This document shows positions 47,030 to 55,598 of a stretch of DNA of 64,000 bases, piece after piece; positions within the stretch are counted from its first letter, which is position 1, and every line of letters starts with the position of its first letter. The notes under the pieces were generated by a model, which was not told where the DNA came from, did no database searches, and saw nothing but the letters and a program-made list of their open reading frames with translations. A program made the translations under genes and the position numbers. Source of the stretch: a virus (taxonomy: Duplodnaviria; Caudoviricetes); IMG/VR virus record IMGVR_UViG_3300037313_001869, positions 371,219 through 435,218 of that record, one strand, 5' to 3'.

Positions 47030-47772
47030 GGCTTCGCCAGCTCGTACCACCGGGCCGAGAGCATCCGGGCGTAGCTCACCGGCGGCAGGCCGTAGTGCCC
47101 GAAGCTGAAGGCGTGGTTGAACTCGACCAGCACCGTCCTTCCATCGGCGAGCACGGCGAAGTCGAGCAGATACGCCTTCGGGGCCTTCTTGCCCATGGCC
47201 GCGACGGCCGCCTCGACCGTCTCCCGGTTCGGCGCCTTCGACCAGTCGCCCTTGTAGAGCCGGCAGCCGATGATCTGACGGTAAAGCACCATGCAACGGT
47301 ACTCAGCCACCATCTCGACCGGCTCCGACAGCCACACGGGCGTGTCATCGTCGTGGGTCACGATCCGGCGCCGGGACGCCGCGTCGGCTTGCCCACCCCA
47401 GCAGAAACCTGTAAACGCCTTGTGTTCCAGCGGTTTTACGAAGATCGGGTCGATGCTCGCCCGTACGTCGCTCAGCGTCCCCCGCCAGACCCGGCGGCCG
47501 AGGAACGGTTGGAGCGGCGAAGGGTAGTCGTCCGGGTCGGGGATGGGGCGCCCGAGCTTCAGGAGCCCGGCGTGAACGTCTCCCAGGTACCCGACGATAC
47601 CGACCTCGGGGCCGAGGTCTTCGAGCCTCAGAAGATCGTCAACCCAGTAGAAGGGCGCGACCTCGATCCCGAGGGTCGTGAAGCCCACGAGGGCCTGCGC
47701 CATCATCTCGGTCTCGGGGTAGTTCTCCCGGTGCCGGATGTAGACCTTCCGAAGCTCAACGTCGCTTGCCAT
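47026..47772 (-). CDS. ATP-grasp domain protein (DUF4343-like)
   Basis: IFVKP..KAFTG, EYRC, LDFAV..GRTVLVEFN..SFGHYG. Confidence 0.8.
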   Translation of the reverse strand: MASDVELRKVYIRHRENYPETEMMAQALVGFTTLGIEVAPFYWVDDLLRLEDLGPEVGIVGYLGDVHAGLLKLGRPIPDPDDYPSPLQPFLGRRVWRGTLSDVRASIDPIFVKPLEHKAFTGFCWGGQADAASRRRIVTHDDDTPVWLSEPVEMVAEYRCMVLYRQIIGCRLYKGDWSKAPNRETVEAAVAAMGKKAPKAYLLDFAVLADGRTVLVEFNHAFSFGHYGLPPVSYARMLSARWYELAKP

Positions 47773-47789
47773 GGTTCGAGTTACACCGC

Positions 47790-48248
47790 TCAGGGGCGGC
47801 TGGGCCTGAGGGCCTCGGGGAGCTGACCCCAAGCATCAGCTTCAACACGCACGACTAGATAGGACGCCCCTCTCAGGGTGGTCTTCTCGCGAGACACGGC
47901 CCAGGACGAGCCCAGGATAGTGACGGTCCGGCGGTCTTCTTCAGGCGCAAGAAAAAGGAAGTGGGTGCCTCCCCTCCGAGCGGCAGCCTCGGCGGCCTCA
48001 GCATGGGCCTCTTCGAGCCTTGTGCTGCTCCAGTGGCTTGATGCCGTGATCGTCAGCGTGCCGATGGGCCTGGCATTTGCCCCATCGAGGGCAGCCACAT
48101 CACCTTCGTAAAAGCGAACGGCCTTCGGGGTTGAAACGGTTTTCGGTTGGGTAGCCGTCTTGGGCTGATAGCGGATTGTCCAGTAGTCTGTGCAACCAAC
48201 CGAGACGAGAGCCAAGGCCAGGACGGCGATGCGGTAGAAGCCAGGCAT
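47790..48248 (-). CDS. putative lipoprotein
   Basis: MPGFYRIAVLALALVSVGC signal and lipobox; EAAARRGGTH. Confidence 0.7.
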   Translation of the reverse strand: MPGFYRIAVLALALVSVGCTDYWTIRYQPKTATQPKTVSTPKAVRFYEGDVAALDGANARPIGTLTITASSHWSSTRLEEAHAEAAEAAARRGGTHFLFLAPEEDRRTVTILGSSWAVSREKTTLRGASYLVVRVEADAWGQLPEALRPSRP

Positions 48249-48278
48249 GGGTGGTTCTTTCCGAAAGAAAACCCCAGT

Positions 48279-48539
48279 TAAGGGCTCGGTCGGCATTTCT
48301 ACATCAAAGGGCTGGCACGTCTCGACCCGGCTGACCCCGCGGACCTTGGAAAGGGCCTTGACCTGCTCCTCGGCGACGTACCCGTAGATGCGAAGGTCCC
48401 CCCGGAACTTCCCTCCGGTATAGACCCACCAGCGGGAGGTATCGCGAAGCCCGGCCGCTTGAAGAACGGGCTCCAGGGCCCGCCTCGCTTCGGTATCAAG
48501 CGTCTTCTTGGGGTACACGCAGACGTACACGTCAGCCAT
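48279..48539 (-). CDS. small ferredoxin-like protein (proposed end at in-frame TTA)
   Basis: MADVYVCVYP..LSKVRGVSRVE..MPTEP then TTA, followed by a hairpin and the lipoprotein start. Confidence 0.65.
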
Positions 48540-48590
48540 TGGCTCTCTCAAGCGCCCCAAAAGGGGAGCTACTCACGACGATCTTTCCGC

Positions 48591-48619
48591 TCAAGCATCC
48601 CCGTGCGTAGGGGAGAGCC
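48591..48619 (-). CRISPR. single repeat (array A remnant)
   Basis: TCAAGCATCCCCGTGCGTAGGGGAGAGCC; eroded copy near 48548. Confidence 0.6.
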
Positions 48620-48805
48620 GCACGCCCCCCTACGGGGGCCTTCGCTTCTACCCAAACACTCCCGTGCTTGCGGGCTGTGCCCGCATCGATATTCCAAGCA
48701 CCCACGGGGTGCCGACCCTCGCGAGTCGGCCTTCCTCGTTCATCGGACCCTCTTACAGACGGGTAACCTCCCGAGGCTGCAAAACCGGAGCTTTTCCGGC
48801 CGAAG
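48620..48805 (-). ncRNA. omegaRNA/tracr-like scaffold copy A
   Basis: core TTCCTCGTTCATCGGACCC..GGTAACCTCCCGAGGCTG shared with copies B and C. Confidence 0.65.
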
Positions 48806-48846
48806 CTGTAAAATCCAACTGTAATCGTTCCCGAGGTACCACTCAG

Positions 48847-48997
48847 CCAAGCACCCCTGGGCGTAGGGGAGAGCCCCTCGGTCTCGACTTGCTGCACGAG
48901 CCAGGTTCCAAGCATCCCCGCGCGTAGGGGAGAACCGGGACGTTGAACGAGCCCCAGAGACACGTCTTCCAAGCATCCCCGCGCGTAGGGGAGAACC
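48847..48997 (-). CRISPR. mini CRISPR array B (3 x 29-nt repeats, 2 x 32-nt spacers)
   Basis: CCAAGCATCCCCGCGCGTAGGGGAGAACC at 48908 and 48969, variant at 48847; 61-nt period. Confidence 0.9.
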
Positions 48998-49165
48998 CCT
49001 TGCTTTCTTCGATGTTTTTGGTGTTGAACGTCTCCGAAAACCGTCGGTAACTCCCCTAGCCACACAGGGTATGAGCCCTCGCGAACCCACGTTCCTCGTT
49101 CATCGGACCCCTTTACGAGCAGGTAACCTCCCGAGGCTGCTTCACCGGGGCTTTCCCGGCTGACA
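48998..49165 (-). ncRNA. omegaRNA/tracr-like scaffold copy B
   Basis: directly downstream of tnpB; hairpins; anti-repeat at 49046-49059; CGGTGTA just upstream. Confidence 0.75.
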
Positions 49166-49173
49166 GTTCTCTC

Positions 49174-50433
49174 TTACACCGAGGGAATTTGCGTCTCCTC
49201 GACCACGGCCACTTTTTTCTTCTTGCCCTTCAGCTTGACGCTGACCCTCTTTTTGATCGGAGCAGGCTCGACAGCGGCGGCAAGGGCCCGGGCCTCGATG
49301 TTCCTGGCCGCGTTCAGGTCGGCATTCTCGGCGTGCCCGCACTTCTGGCAGGCGAAGACGGCCTGCGAGGGCCGGTTCTTTTCGTCGATGTGGCCGCACT
49401 TCGAGCACATCTGAGACGTATACGCGGCCGGCACCTCGATTACCTTCGCGCCCGTCTCGATGGCCTTGTACTTGAGCATATCGCCGAACATGCCCCAGCC
49501 GGCGTCGAGGATCGAACGGTTTAGGCCGCTCTTCTGTCGGACCTTTTTACCGGGTTTTTTCTTGGTACCGGAGGCGCTCTTCGACATGTTCTTGATGGCC
49601 AGCTTCTCGATGCCGATCGTGCCGAACGTGTCGACGTAGTGGCGGCTCTGCTCGTGGAGAAGGTGCTTGCGCTGGCGCGCGATCTTCTGCTGGATCTTCG
49701 CGACCTTCATGAGCGCCTTGTGCCGGTTGTTCGAGCCCTTCTTCTTGTGGTCGGCCTCGCGCTGGGCCCGGGCGAGCTTCTCACGCATCCGGTCGTAGAA
49801 GTGAGGGTTCTCGACCATACCCCCGGCCGAGTCGACCATGAGCTTCGCGACGCCCCGATCGATACCGACCGACGGACGAGGCTCCGGTTTGGGGTCAGGT
49901 ACCTCGATCTCAGCGGGAAAAACCGCGTACCACTCATCGACCTCACGCACGATCGAACACGACGAGAGCTTGCCCTGCATAGGCCGGTCGAGGCGGATCT
50001 CGATGAGCCCGAGGTCATCTCCCTTGCGGGCCTTCGTGACCCGGAGCTGGGCTTTACGGCCCTCTCCGGTCACCTTCCAATGTGCGGTCGTAGAGAAATA
50101 GAACTTGATGCTATTCGTCCGCTTCTTGAAGCGCGGCCTCTTGGCCAGCTTCTTGAAGAAGCGCTCCCACGCTGTGTCCAGTATCCGCGGAACTTCCTGC
50201 CGGACGCAGCATGGGATACGGGCAAGCCACGGATCGTCAGGCAGCAGCAAGGTCACTTCCTTGTTCTGCGACATGTGTGACGGATAGACCGGGTCCGTCC
50301 TCCATATACCCATGAGCCGCTGCTCATGGGCAAGATTCCAGAGACGCCGTAGCGTCCTGTCCCAACCGTAGAGCATCTTCTCCTGGGCGGGCGTCGGATA
50401 GATGCGGTACTTGAAGGTCTTTTTTACGATCAT
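49174..50433 (-). CDS. tnpB: TnpB/Cas12f-like RNA-guided endonuclease
   Basis: N-terminal KYRIYPT, RuvC-I GIDRG, RuvC-II IEKL, Zn finger CSKC/CQKC, RuvC-III NADLNAARNI. Confidence 0.95.
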   Translation of the reverse strand: MIVKKTFKYRIYPTPAQEKMLYGWDRTLRRLWNLAHEQRLMGIWRTDPVYPSHMSQNKEVTLLLPDDPWLARIPCCVRQEVPRILDTAWERFFKKLAKRPRFKKRTNSIKFYFSTTAHWKVTGEGRKAQLRVTKARKGDDLGLIEIRLDRPMQGKLSSCSIVREVDEWYAVFPAEIEVPDPKPEPRPSVGIDRGVAKLMVDSAGGMVENPHFYDRMREKLARAQREADHKKKGSNNRHKALMKVAKIQQKIARQRKHLLHEQSRHYVDTFGTIGIEKLAIKNMSKSASGTKKKPGKKVRQKSGLNRSILDAGWGMFGDMLKYKAIETGAKVIEVPAAYTSQMCSKCGHIDEKNRPSQAVFACQKCGHAENADLNAARNIEARALAAAVEPAPIKKRVSVKLKGKKKKVAVVEETQIPSV

Positions 50434-50499
50434 ATGGGTTCTCGAATCGAACAGCCCCCCTCAAAAGAGCCGCTGTTTCCCTTGCTCATGATGACCTTC

Positions 50500-50708
50500 C
50501 CAAGCATCCCCGTACCCGTGAGGGATTCCGAGCAAGTGGTGGAGACGACTGAAGCAGCCAAGCACCCCCGCACCTGTGGAAGACCCGGCTGCGGATCTGG
50601 TCAGGTCAGGGACCTCGTCCAAGCATCCCCGCACCCATGGGAGATCCTTCCGCGTCTCGATGAGGCGCTACTCGGACGACCAAGCACCCCCGCGCTCGTG
50701 GGAGATCC
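50500..50708 (-). CRISPR. mini CRISPR array C (4 degenerate repeats, 3 spacers)
   Basis: CCAAGCA(T/C)CCCCG-type repeats at 50500, 50558, 50619 and 50680 (periods 58, 61, 61). Confidence 0.85.
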
Positions 50709-50890
50709 TCTTGTTTTCTTCGGTGTTTTTGGTATCAAACGCTTCCGAAAACCGTTGGTAGCTCCCGCGAGCAGGCGTCTTTTGGGTATGGGGTGTGAGC
50801 CCTCACGAGCCCACGCTTCCTCGTTCATCGGACCCCTTTACAAGCGGGTAGCCTCCCGAGGCTGTACCGCCGAGGCTTTCTCGGCTACGC
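50709..50890 (-). ncRNA. omegaRNA/tracr-like scaffold copy C
   Basis: colinear with copy B; anti-repeat at 50757-50772; CGGTGTA at 50898-50904. Confidence 0.75.
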
Positions 50891-50912
50891 TTTTTTCTAC
50901 ACCGGTCGCGGG

Positions 50913-51830
50913 CTACGTCGAGACCGTCTCGTCTTTTTTCTCGATTTCAGATGCCCTAGCGAGCTTGACCGCCACCCGCCCTTGGTAGAGCTGCAAGGTC
51001 TCGCTCGTGCGGCTGTAGCCGACGAGGGGCTGGTTGTAGAGCGCGATGATGCGTTTTTCGTCCTCGGCGGTCATCGTGCAGGGTTCTTTGCCGTAGGAGG
51101 TCCGGATGCCCTTGACCGCGGACTCGCCGTCGATGATCCAGAGCGGATCGGAAGGGAAGGCGCGGGCGAGGATGCCGAGGCACGTATCGACCAGGCTCCC
51201 CGGGATCTTGAAGAGCCAGCGGTTGCCCTTCTTCTCGCGGAGCTGAACCTGGGTGAGGGCGATGCCCTCTTCCATAGCCGCAAAGCCACAGGTGAGAACG
51301 TGCTCGCCCTTGTAGTAGAAGAGCAGGGCGAAGGTCCCGTCGATGAACAGGTACCGCGAGCAATGATAGGCCCGGCCCACAGGGTTGAAGGCCGTGGAGT
51401 AGGTGAGCCGGATCTCGAACCCCTCCGGAGCCTGGAGAGCCCGTAGGCCGTCGAGGTGGCGGCAGAGCAGGTTGTAGTCCTTGCCCGCCCAGCCGTAGCG
51501 GTGGTGCGAGTTCGAGACCTTCCAGACGAGAAAATCGTTCTTCTCGATGTACTCGCCGGCCTTCGACATGATGAAGTCCGACATCCAGAGCTTGACGATC
51601 TCCTCTTCCGAGAAGACCCAGCGCAGGTGCTCGTAGTCGATGTTGCGCCAGTAGCGCCACTCGAAGTCTTCGGGGTCGTCGCTGATGTGGTCGACAACCC
51701 ACTTCCGGAGCCCGGTGCGAACGCGCCCGACCGGATCAGGCACCGTATCGCCGCTCTTCTCGGTCAGCTCGGGCGGGACGGGCTTGTAGTGGTAGCCGAT
51801 CTTCTGGGGGTCGATGCCTTCGAGAGTCAT
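50913..51830 (-). CDS. hypothetical protein
   Basis: 305 aa; GGAAAA-N16-CGTCTAG upstream. Confidence 0.75.
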   Translation of the reverse strand: MTLEGIDPQKIGYHYKPVPPELTEKSGDTVPDPVGRVRTGLRKWVVDHISDDPEDFEWRYWRNIDYEHLRWVFSEEEIVKLWMSDFIMSKAGEYIEKNDFLVWKVSNSHHRYGWAGKDYNLLCRHLDGLRALQAPEGFEIRLTYSTAFNPVGRAYHCSRYLFIDGTFALLFYYKGEHVLTCGFAAMEEGIALTQVQLREKKGNRWLFKIPGSLVDTCLGILARAFPSDPLWIIDGESAVKGIRTSYGKEPCTMTAEDEKRIIALYNQPLVGYSRTSETLQLYQGRVAVKLARASEIEKKDETVST

Positions 51831-51874
51831 GGTCCGCGCTAGACGATCAAAGGCCCAAGACTTTTCCGAGAAAA

Positions 51875-52234
51875 TCAGCTCGCCATGCTGGGCTGCGGGA
51901 GCCAAGCCCGGACCCACTCCCCGAAGCTCTGATCGGAGGACTTCTTCGCTACCGGCTCCCGGCCCTTCTTGCCGCCGCCCTTGTCGTCATCGTCGTCGTC
52001 CCCGGGCAGCTTCCCGCGGACTGCCGTGCTGGCGATGTTGTAGAGGCATAGGAAGGGTACCAGGGTCTTCCGCTCCTCGGGCAGCATCAGGTAGCAGGGG
52101 ATGCTGATCAGGATGGAGGCGAGCACGATCGACACGAGAGGGCGCTGGATCTTCTCGTTGATGGCCCGGGCCAGGGTCTCCAGCAACCAGAGTAGGGGCA
52201 TCATCGCTAGAGCCCAGAAGAGCAGGGAGATCAT
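51875..52234 (-). CDS. membrane protein
   Basis: three hydrophobic segments. Confidence 0.65.
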   Translation of the reverse strand: MISLLFWALAMMPLLWLLETLARAINEKIQRPLVSIVLASILISIPCYLMLPEERKTLVPFLCLYNIASTAVRGKLPGDDDDDDKGGGKKGREPVAKKSSDQSFGEWVRAWLPQPSMAS

Positions 52235-52274
52235 GAGGGGGCGTGCCTTTCGGTTGCCTGATTCTACACCGGGC

Positions 52275-52604
52275 CTAACGCACCACGGGCTCGTGGCCGA
52301 TGGTCTCGTCCGTGTACCGGAACCGCTGGCCGCAGAAGCAGCAGTTGTCTTGGGCCATCAGGTTGAAGGTCTCGGGGTTGCGCCGGACGAGCAGGACGCC
52401 CCGGACGCAAACCGGGCAGTCAACCTTGAAGTCGCTTTCGTCCGAGAGCTTCGTAAGGTCCGCGTGCCGGACCTCGATCACCGGGGCCCGGGCGTTCTCG
52501 CCCACGACGCACTCCCGCCGGGTATCGGCCGGCTTGGGCTTGCTGGGCACGGGGCGTGAGCTGTCGGGGGCGATGCGGTCGTAACGGGTGCGCTGGGTAG
52601 CCAT
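52275..52604 (-). CDS. Zn-ribbon protein with N-terminal TRYDRI
   Basis: CPVC..CCFC; GGGAG RBS. Confidence 0.65.
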   Translation of the reverse strand: MATQRTRYDRIAPDSSRPVPSKPKPADTRRECVVGENARAPVIEVRHADLTKLSDESDFKVDCPVCVRGVLLVRRNPETFNLMAQDNCCFCGQRFRYTDETIGHEPVVR

Positions 52605-52606
52605 GG

Positions 52607-53089
52607 TAACTCCCTAGACCGGCGGGGGTCGCGGAACTGACGGAAATCCTCGGGGCAATCGTCTTCCCGGAACGCGAAGAAGGCCATGCCTCCGAGGCTC
52701 GCGGCGTCGGCGAGGTAGGGGCCCGAGAGCGGGTGCCTTGCCAGGGCTTGCTCGTCCGGAGGGAGCCTCGAAAGGTCGGCGATCATGGTCTCGCCCGTGG
52801 GGGTGACGAAAATCACGTCCTGTCCTTCGGTCTGGACGCCGGGCAAGATGTGGCCGAACCGGTGGGCGTAGTCGACGAAGAGCCCGCCCGGGCCGAAGAG
52901 CTTTTCGTACTTCTGTCCCGGCCTCACTGTGTCCTCGACCCAGGCGCCGAGGTCGGTCGCGTGCAGGCGGAAGGTCGAGCCGTCAGAGCACTCGATCCGG
53001 CAGATGCACTCGTTGGCTTCGGCTCTCTCGACGGCGGTAACGGTCTTGCCCACAAGACGGGCGCGAATGGCTTCGAGGTCGACAGGCAT
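52607..53089 (-). CDS. hypothetical protein (proposed end at in-frame TTA)
   Basis: ..RDPRRSRE then TTA (52607-52609), 2 nt before the next ATG at 52604. Confidence 0.65.
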
Positions 53090-53097
53090 GGCAGTCC

Positions 53098-53304
53098 TCA
53101 GAGGTTGGCGAGCAGACGGAGGAGGAGGCTAAGCAGGCTGAAAACGACACCGACACCCGCGATGTAGACCCCGATCTGAGCCCGCCTCGCTGCCTCGTGG
53201 GCTTCGAGAATGTTGCGATCGATTGGGTCCATCGGGCGAGGCGGGGCCTTCGGGGCCTCTGGCAGAGGGTCAGGCGCCGGCCCCGGGACCCGGTAGGGGT
53301 TCAT
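53098..53304 (-). CDS. small membrane protein
   Basis: MNPYR start, C-terminal hydrophobic helix. Confidence 0.55.
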   Translation of the reverse strand: MNPYRVPGPAPDPLPEAPKAPPRPMDPIDRNILEAHEAARRAQIGVYIAGVGVVFSLLSLLLRLLANL

Positions 53305-53607
53305 GGATCGGCCCCAAGCTTCTTCAGAAGCGTCTCGATGAGCCCGTGCATCTTCGGCTTTCGCTCTTTCCGGTAGAAGGGCTGGCTGTGGTAGAGCAGC
53401 CCCCGGAGCAGGGCGGCTTCTTCGCCGGAGAGGTTCAAGATCACCCGAGTCTCGCGGTTTGCCCCCTTCGGGGGCCCGCAGGTCTTGATGGGCCGGTGGC
53501 TCTGGTAAGGCCGAGTCTGGTGCCCCCACTGGCCACAGCTCATGCACTGGAAGTACACGGTCACCGGCGTCGACACGTCCTCCCGCAGAAGCCAGTCGTG
53601 ATCCCAC

Positions 53608-53922
53608 TCACATGCTGTAGTCGGTGAGATCGCACTCTGCGTGGCAGTCGTTGCAGACGAGCTTGACGACCGTGCCGAGGCCCGTGGGCGTGAAGGAATA
53701 GGTGTACCTGCCACCGCTTGCCCCGTACGGGGCCCCGTGGAGCGCTTTGTGTTCTTGGCGGAAGGCATGGGCTTGCTCTTTCTGGGTGAGATCGATCCGG
53801 AAGGTGTCGGGGTCGTCGGCCACCTTCGCCGCTCGGGCCTCGATGGCCGCGAGGCGTGCTGCGTTCTCCCGGGCCCGGTCAGCGTGGTACTCGGCGAGCT
53901 TCTGCTTGGCGTTCTTGCTCAT
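53608..53922 (-). CDS. hypothetical phage protein
   Basis: GGRYTYSFTPTGLG..CNDC..DLTDY. Confidence 0.7.
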   Translation of the reverse strand: MSKNAKQKLAEYHADRARENAARLAAIEARAAKVADDPDTFRIDLTQKEQAHAFRQEHKALHGAPYGASGGRYTYSFTPTGLGTVVKLVCNDCHAECDLTDYSM

Positions 53923-54395
53923 GAGGGGGGCTCTTCGGGCAGGGTCTTCAGAAGAGCTTCGGCCTGTTCCCGAAGCGCGGGATGTTCAGCGAGGATGGGG
54001 GCGTACTTGAGGAGGCGCGCGAGCACGATCCGAGCTGCCGTATACTTCTCTTGGGGGATCAGCTCGTTCCGGACGCGGTTGATGTGCCTCTCGATGCTGC
54101 TGGCGGGGGATACCCGGAGAAGCTCCTGGACGATCTCCTCATTGGACCTAGGCCCCACGAGCTTTTTGCAAGCCTGGGCCTGGGTCTCCCGGAGGTAGGT
54201 CACAACGCTCTCCCAGGTGGGGAACTCGGTTTCAGGCCCCAGCTCGAACCCGTAGTCGAAGGACCTCGCGACCGTGCCTTCGGTCGCCGAGTCGGCCTTG
54301 TCTTCCTCGAAAGGAGGCCGAGTGTGCAAGTATCTGTCCCCGATTTGGAGGAACGCATACCCGTCTTCGGGGCTGTAGGTGGCGATCTTGATCAT
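53919..54395 (-). CDS. hypothetical protein
   Basis: 158 aa ORF. Confidence 0.7.
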   Translation of the reverse strand: MIKIATYSPEDGYAFLQIGDRYLHTRPPFEEDKADSATEGTVARSFDYGFELGPETEFPTWESVVTYLRETQAQACKKLVGPRSNEEIVQELLRVSPASSIERHINRVRNELIPQEKYTAARIVLARLLKYAPILAEHPALREQAEALLKTLPEEPPS

Positions 54396-54407
54396 GGGCG
54401 TCTTTTG

Positions 54408-54980
54408 TCAGTGGGTCGAGGGCCGGGGGACGCCGCCCCATTCGAGGACGAAACAGGAAGGGAAGCCTCCCCGGTGAGCGGCCACCACGGCCGCCCGGCC
54501 GCTGCCGTCCTCGTGCTCCAGGATAGCTCCCGTGTCGAACGGCTGCGGTAGGCCGATCACGATCCCTGTCCGGACGTGAGGCGAGGCATAGACCGAGAGG
54601 GCCCCGACGACCGAGGCGAGCTGCTCGGCCTGGCTCTCGTGGGTGAGCAGGCTCCAGAGGTTGCGGTCCCGGTTCATCTGACCGCGCAGGTGGTTGGCGA
54701 CTTGCCGGAGGGGCACGGCGATCCGGCGCTCGTCGTCGGGCTCTGCGGCGAAAGCCCCGACCGACAGGAGCGCGGCGAGCGCTTCGGGGCCCGGCGTCGG
54801 GAACTGAAACGGCGGGTAGACCAGCCGGCCGCGCGAGACCATCGTGGTCGCGTCCCCGTTCAGGTAGTGGGCGCTCGTGTCCCAGTCCTTCGGAAACGGC
54901 GTCGAGACGACCGCGAACCCGTCGTGGTTGCCGGCCCGCTTCTCGACCAGAAACAGCTCCCGCAGATCGGTGCGAACCAT
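54408..54980 (-). CDS. hypothetical protein, possible degenerate capsid-protein paralog
   Basis: RELFLVE..GRLVYPPF..YASPHVRTGIVI..P.PF.TG. Confidence 0.55.
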   Translation of the reverse strand: MVRTDLRELFLVEKRAGNHDGFAVVSTPFPKDWDTSAHYLNGDATTMVSRGRLVYPPFQFPTPGPEALAALLSVGAFAAEPDDERRIAVPLRQVANHLRGQMNRDRNLWSLLTHESQAEQLASVVGALSVYASPHVRTGIVIGLPQPFDTGAILEHEDGSGRAAVVAAHRGGFPSCFVLEWGGVPRPSTH

Positions 54981-54982
54981 GG

Positions 54983-55216
54983 CTACCACGCCCTCTCCCT
55001 GCGCCCGGTGACCACGTAGTCGCTTTCGACCGAGGGGAAGAACACCGACACCAGCTCGCCCGTCTCGTGGCTCCGAAGAGTCACCCAGCTCGTGTCGCGG
55101 GTCTCGATCAGGCACATCTGGGTGATCGTGAAGAGCTTTGACCGGTCCTTTTTCAGGGCAAGGATGGCGCCACGGTAGTAGGCGAGTGGGGGCAGGTAGA
55201 GGGTCACCTCGGGCAT
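54983..55216 (-). CDS. hypothetical protein
   Basis: CGGTGTA upstream. Confidence 0.55.
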   Translation of the reverse strand: MPEVTLYLPPLAYYRGAILALKKDRSKLFTITQMCLIETRDTSWVTLRSHETGELVSVFFPSVESDYVVTGRRERAW

Positions 55217-55245
55217 GGGCCCTCTTACACCGCCCGCTCGACCGT

Positions 55246-55530
55246 TCAGAGCGCCGACTTCGCGGGGTCGGCGAGGTAGGCCGCGACGGCCGCCTTGGCC
55301 TTGGCGAACGTCGAGACGCGGGCGATCTCGGTGTGGTTCTTGCCCTCGCTCGCCTTCTTGCGGTCCATGGCCACGTACTCGTAGTCGTAGAATCGGCTGC
55401 CCTTGTGGCCGAGGCGGGCTCGGAAGGCCATCACGAGAAACCGCTCGTCCGAGGTCATCCACATCGGCTCGCTCTTCGAGGCCGAGAGCTTGTTCCACTT
55501 GAGGGCAGCGGGCTTGGTCGAGGTGCTCAT
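55246..55530 (-). CDS. hypothetical protein
   Basis: GGAAAA-N16-CGTCTAG upstream. Confidence 0.7.
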   Translation of the reverse strand: MSTSTKPAALKWNKLSASKSEPMWMTSDERFLVMAFRARLGHKGSRFYDYEYVAMDRKKASEGKNHTEIARVSTFAKAKAAVAAYLADPAKSAL

Positions 55531-55537
55531 GGTCCCT

Positions 55538-55591
55538 AGACGACGAGAGGCCCTGCTCTTTTCCGGAAAAGACAGAGGGCCTCGATCGTCT
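55538..55591. promoter_or_regulatory. back-to-back GGAAAA-N16-CGTCT promoters sharing palindrome TTTTCCGGAAAA
   Basis: exact 16-nt spacing on both strands ahead of the starts at 55530 (-) and 55599 (+). Confidence 0.7.
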
Positions 55592-55598
55592 CGGAGCC

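Noticed and set aside
49174-50433. Complete IS200/IS605 or IS607 transposon
   Set aside because: No tnpA (Y1 or serine recombinase) nearby; the flanks are arrays and scaffolds.
48876-50679. Self-targeting spacers within the window
   Set aside because: No full match noticed by eye; needs a real search.
53301-53768. 155-aa ORF as annotated in the track
   Set aside because: The 3' part looks coding (CMSC), but the 5' part overlaps 53608..53922 and I could not place a credible start.
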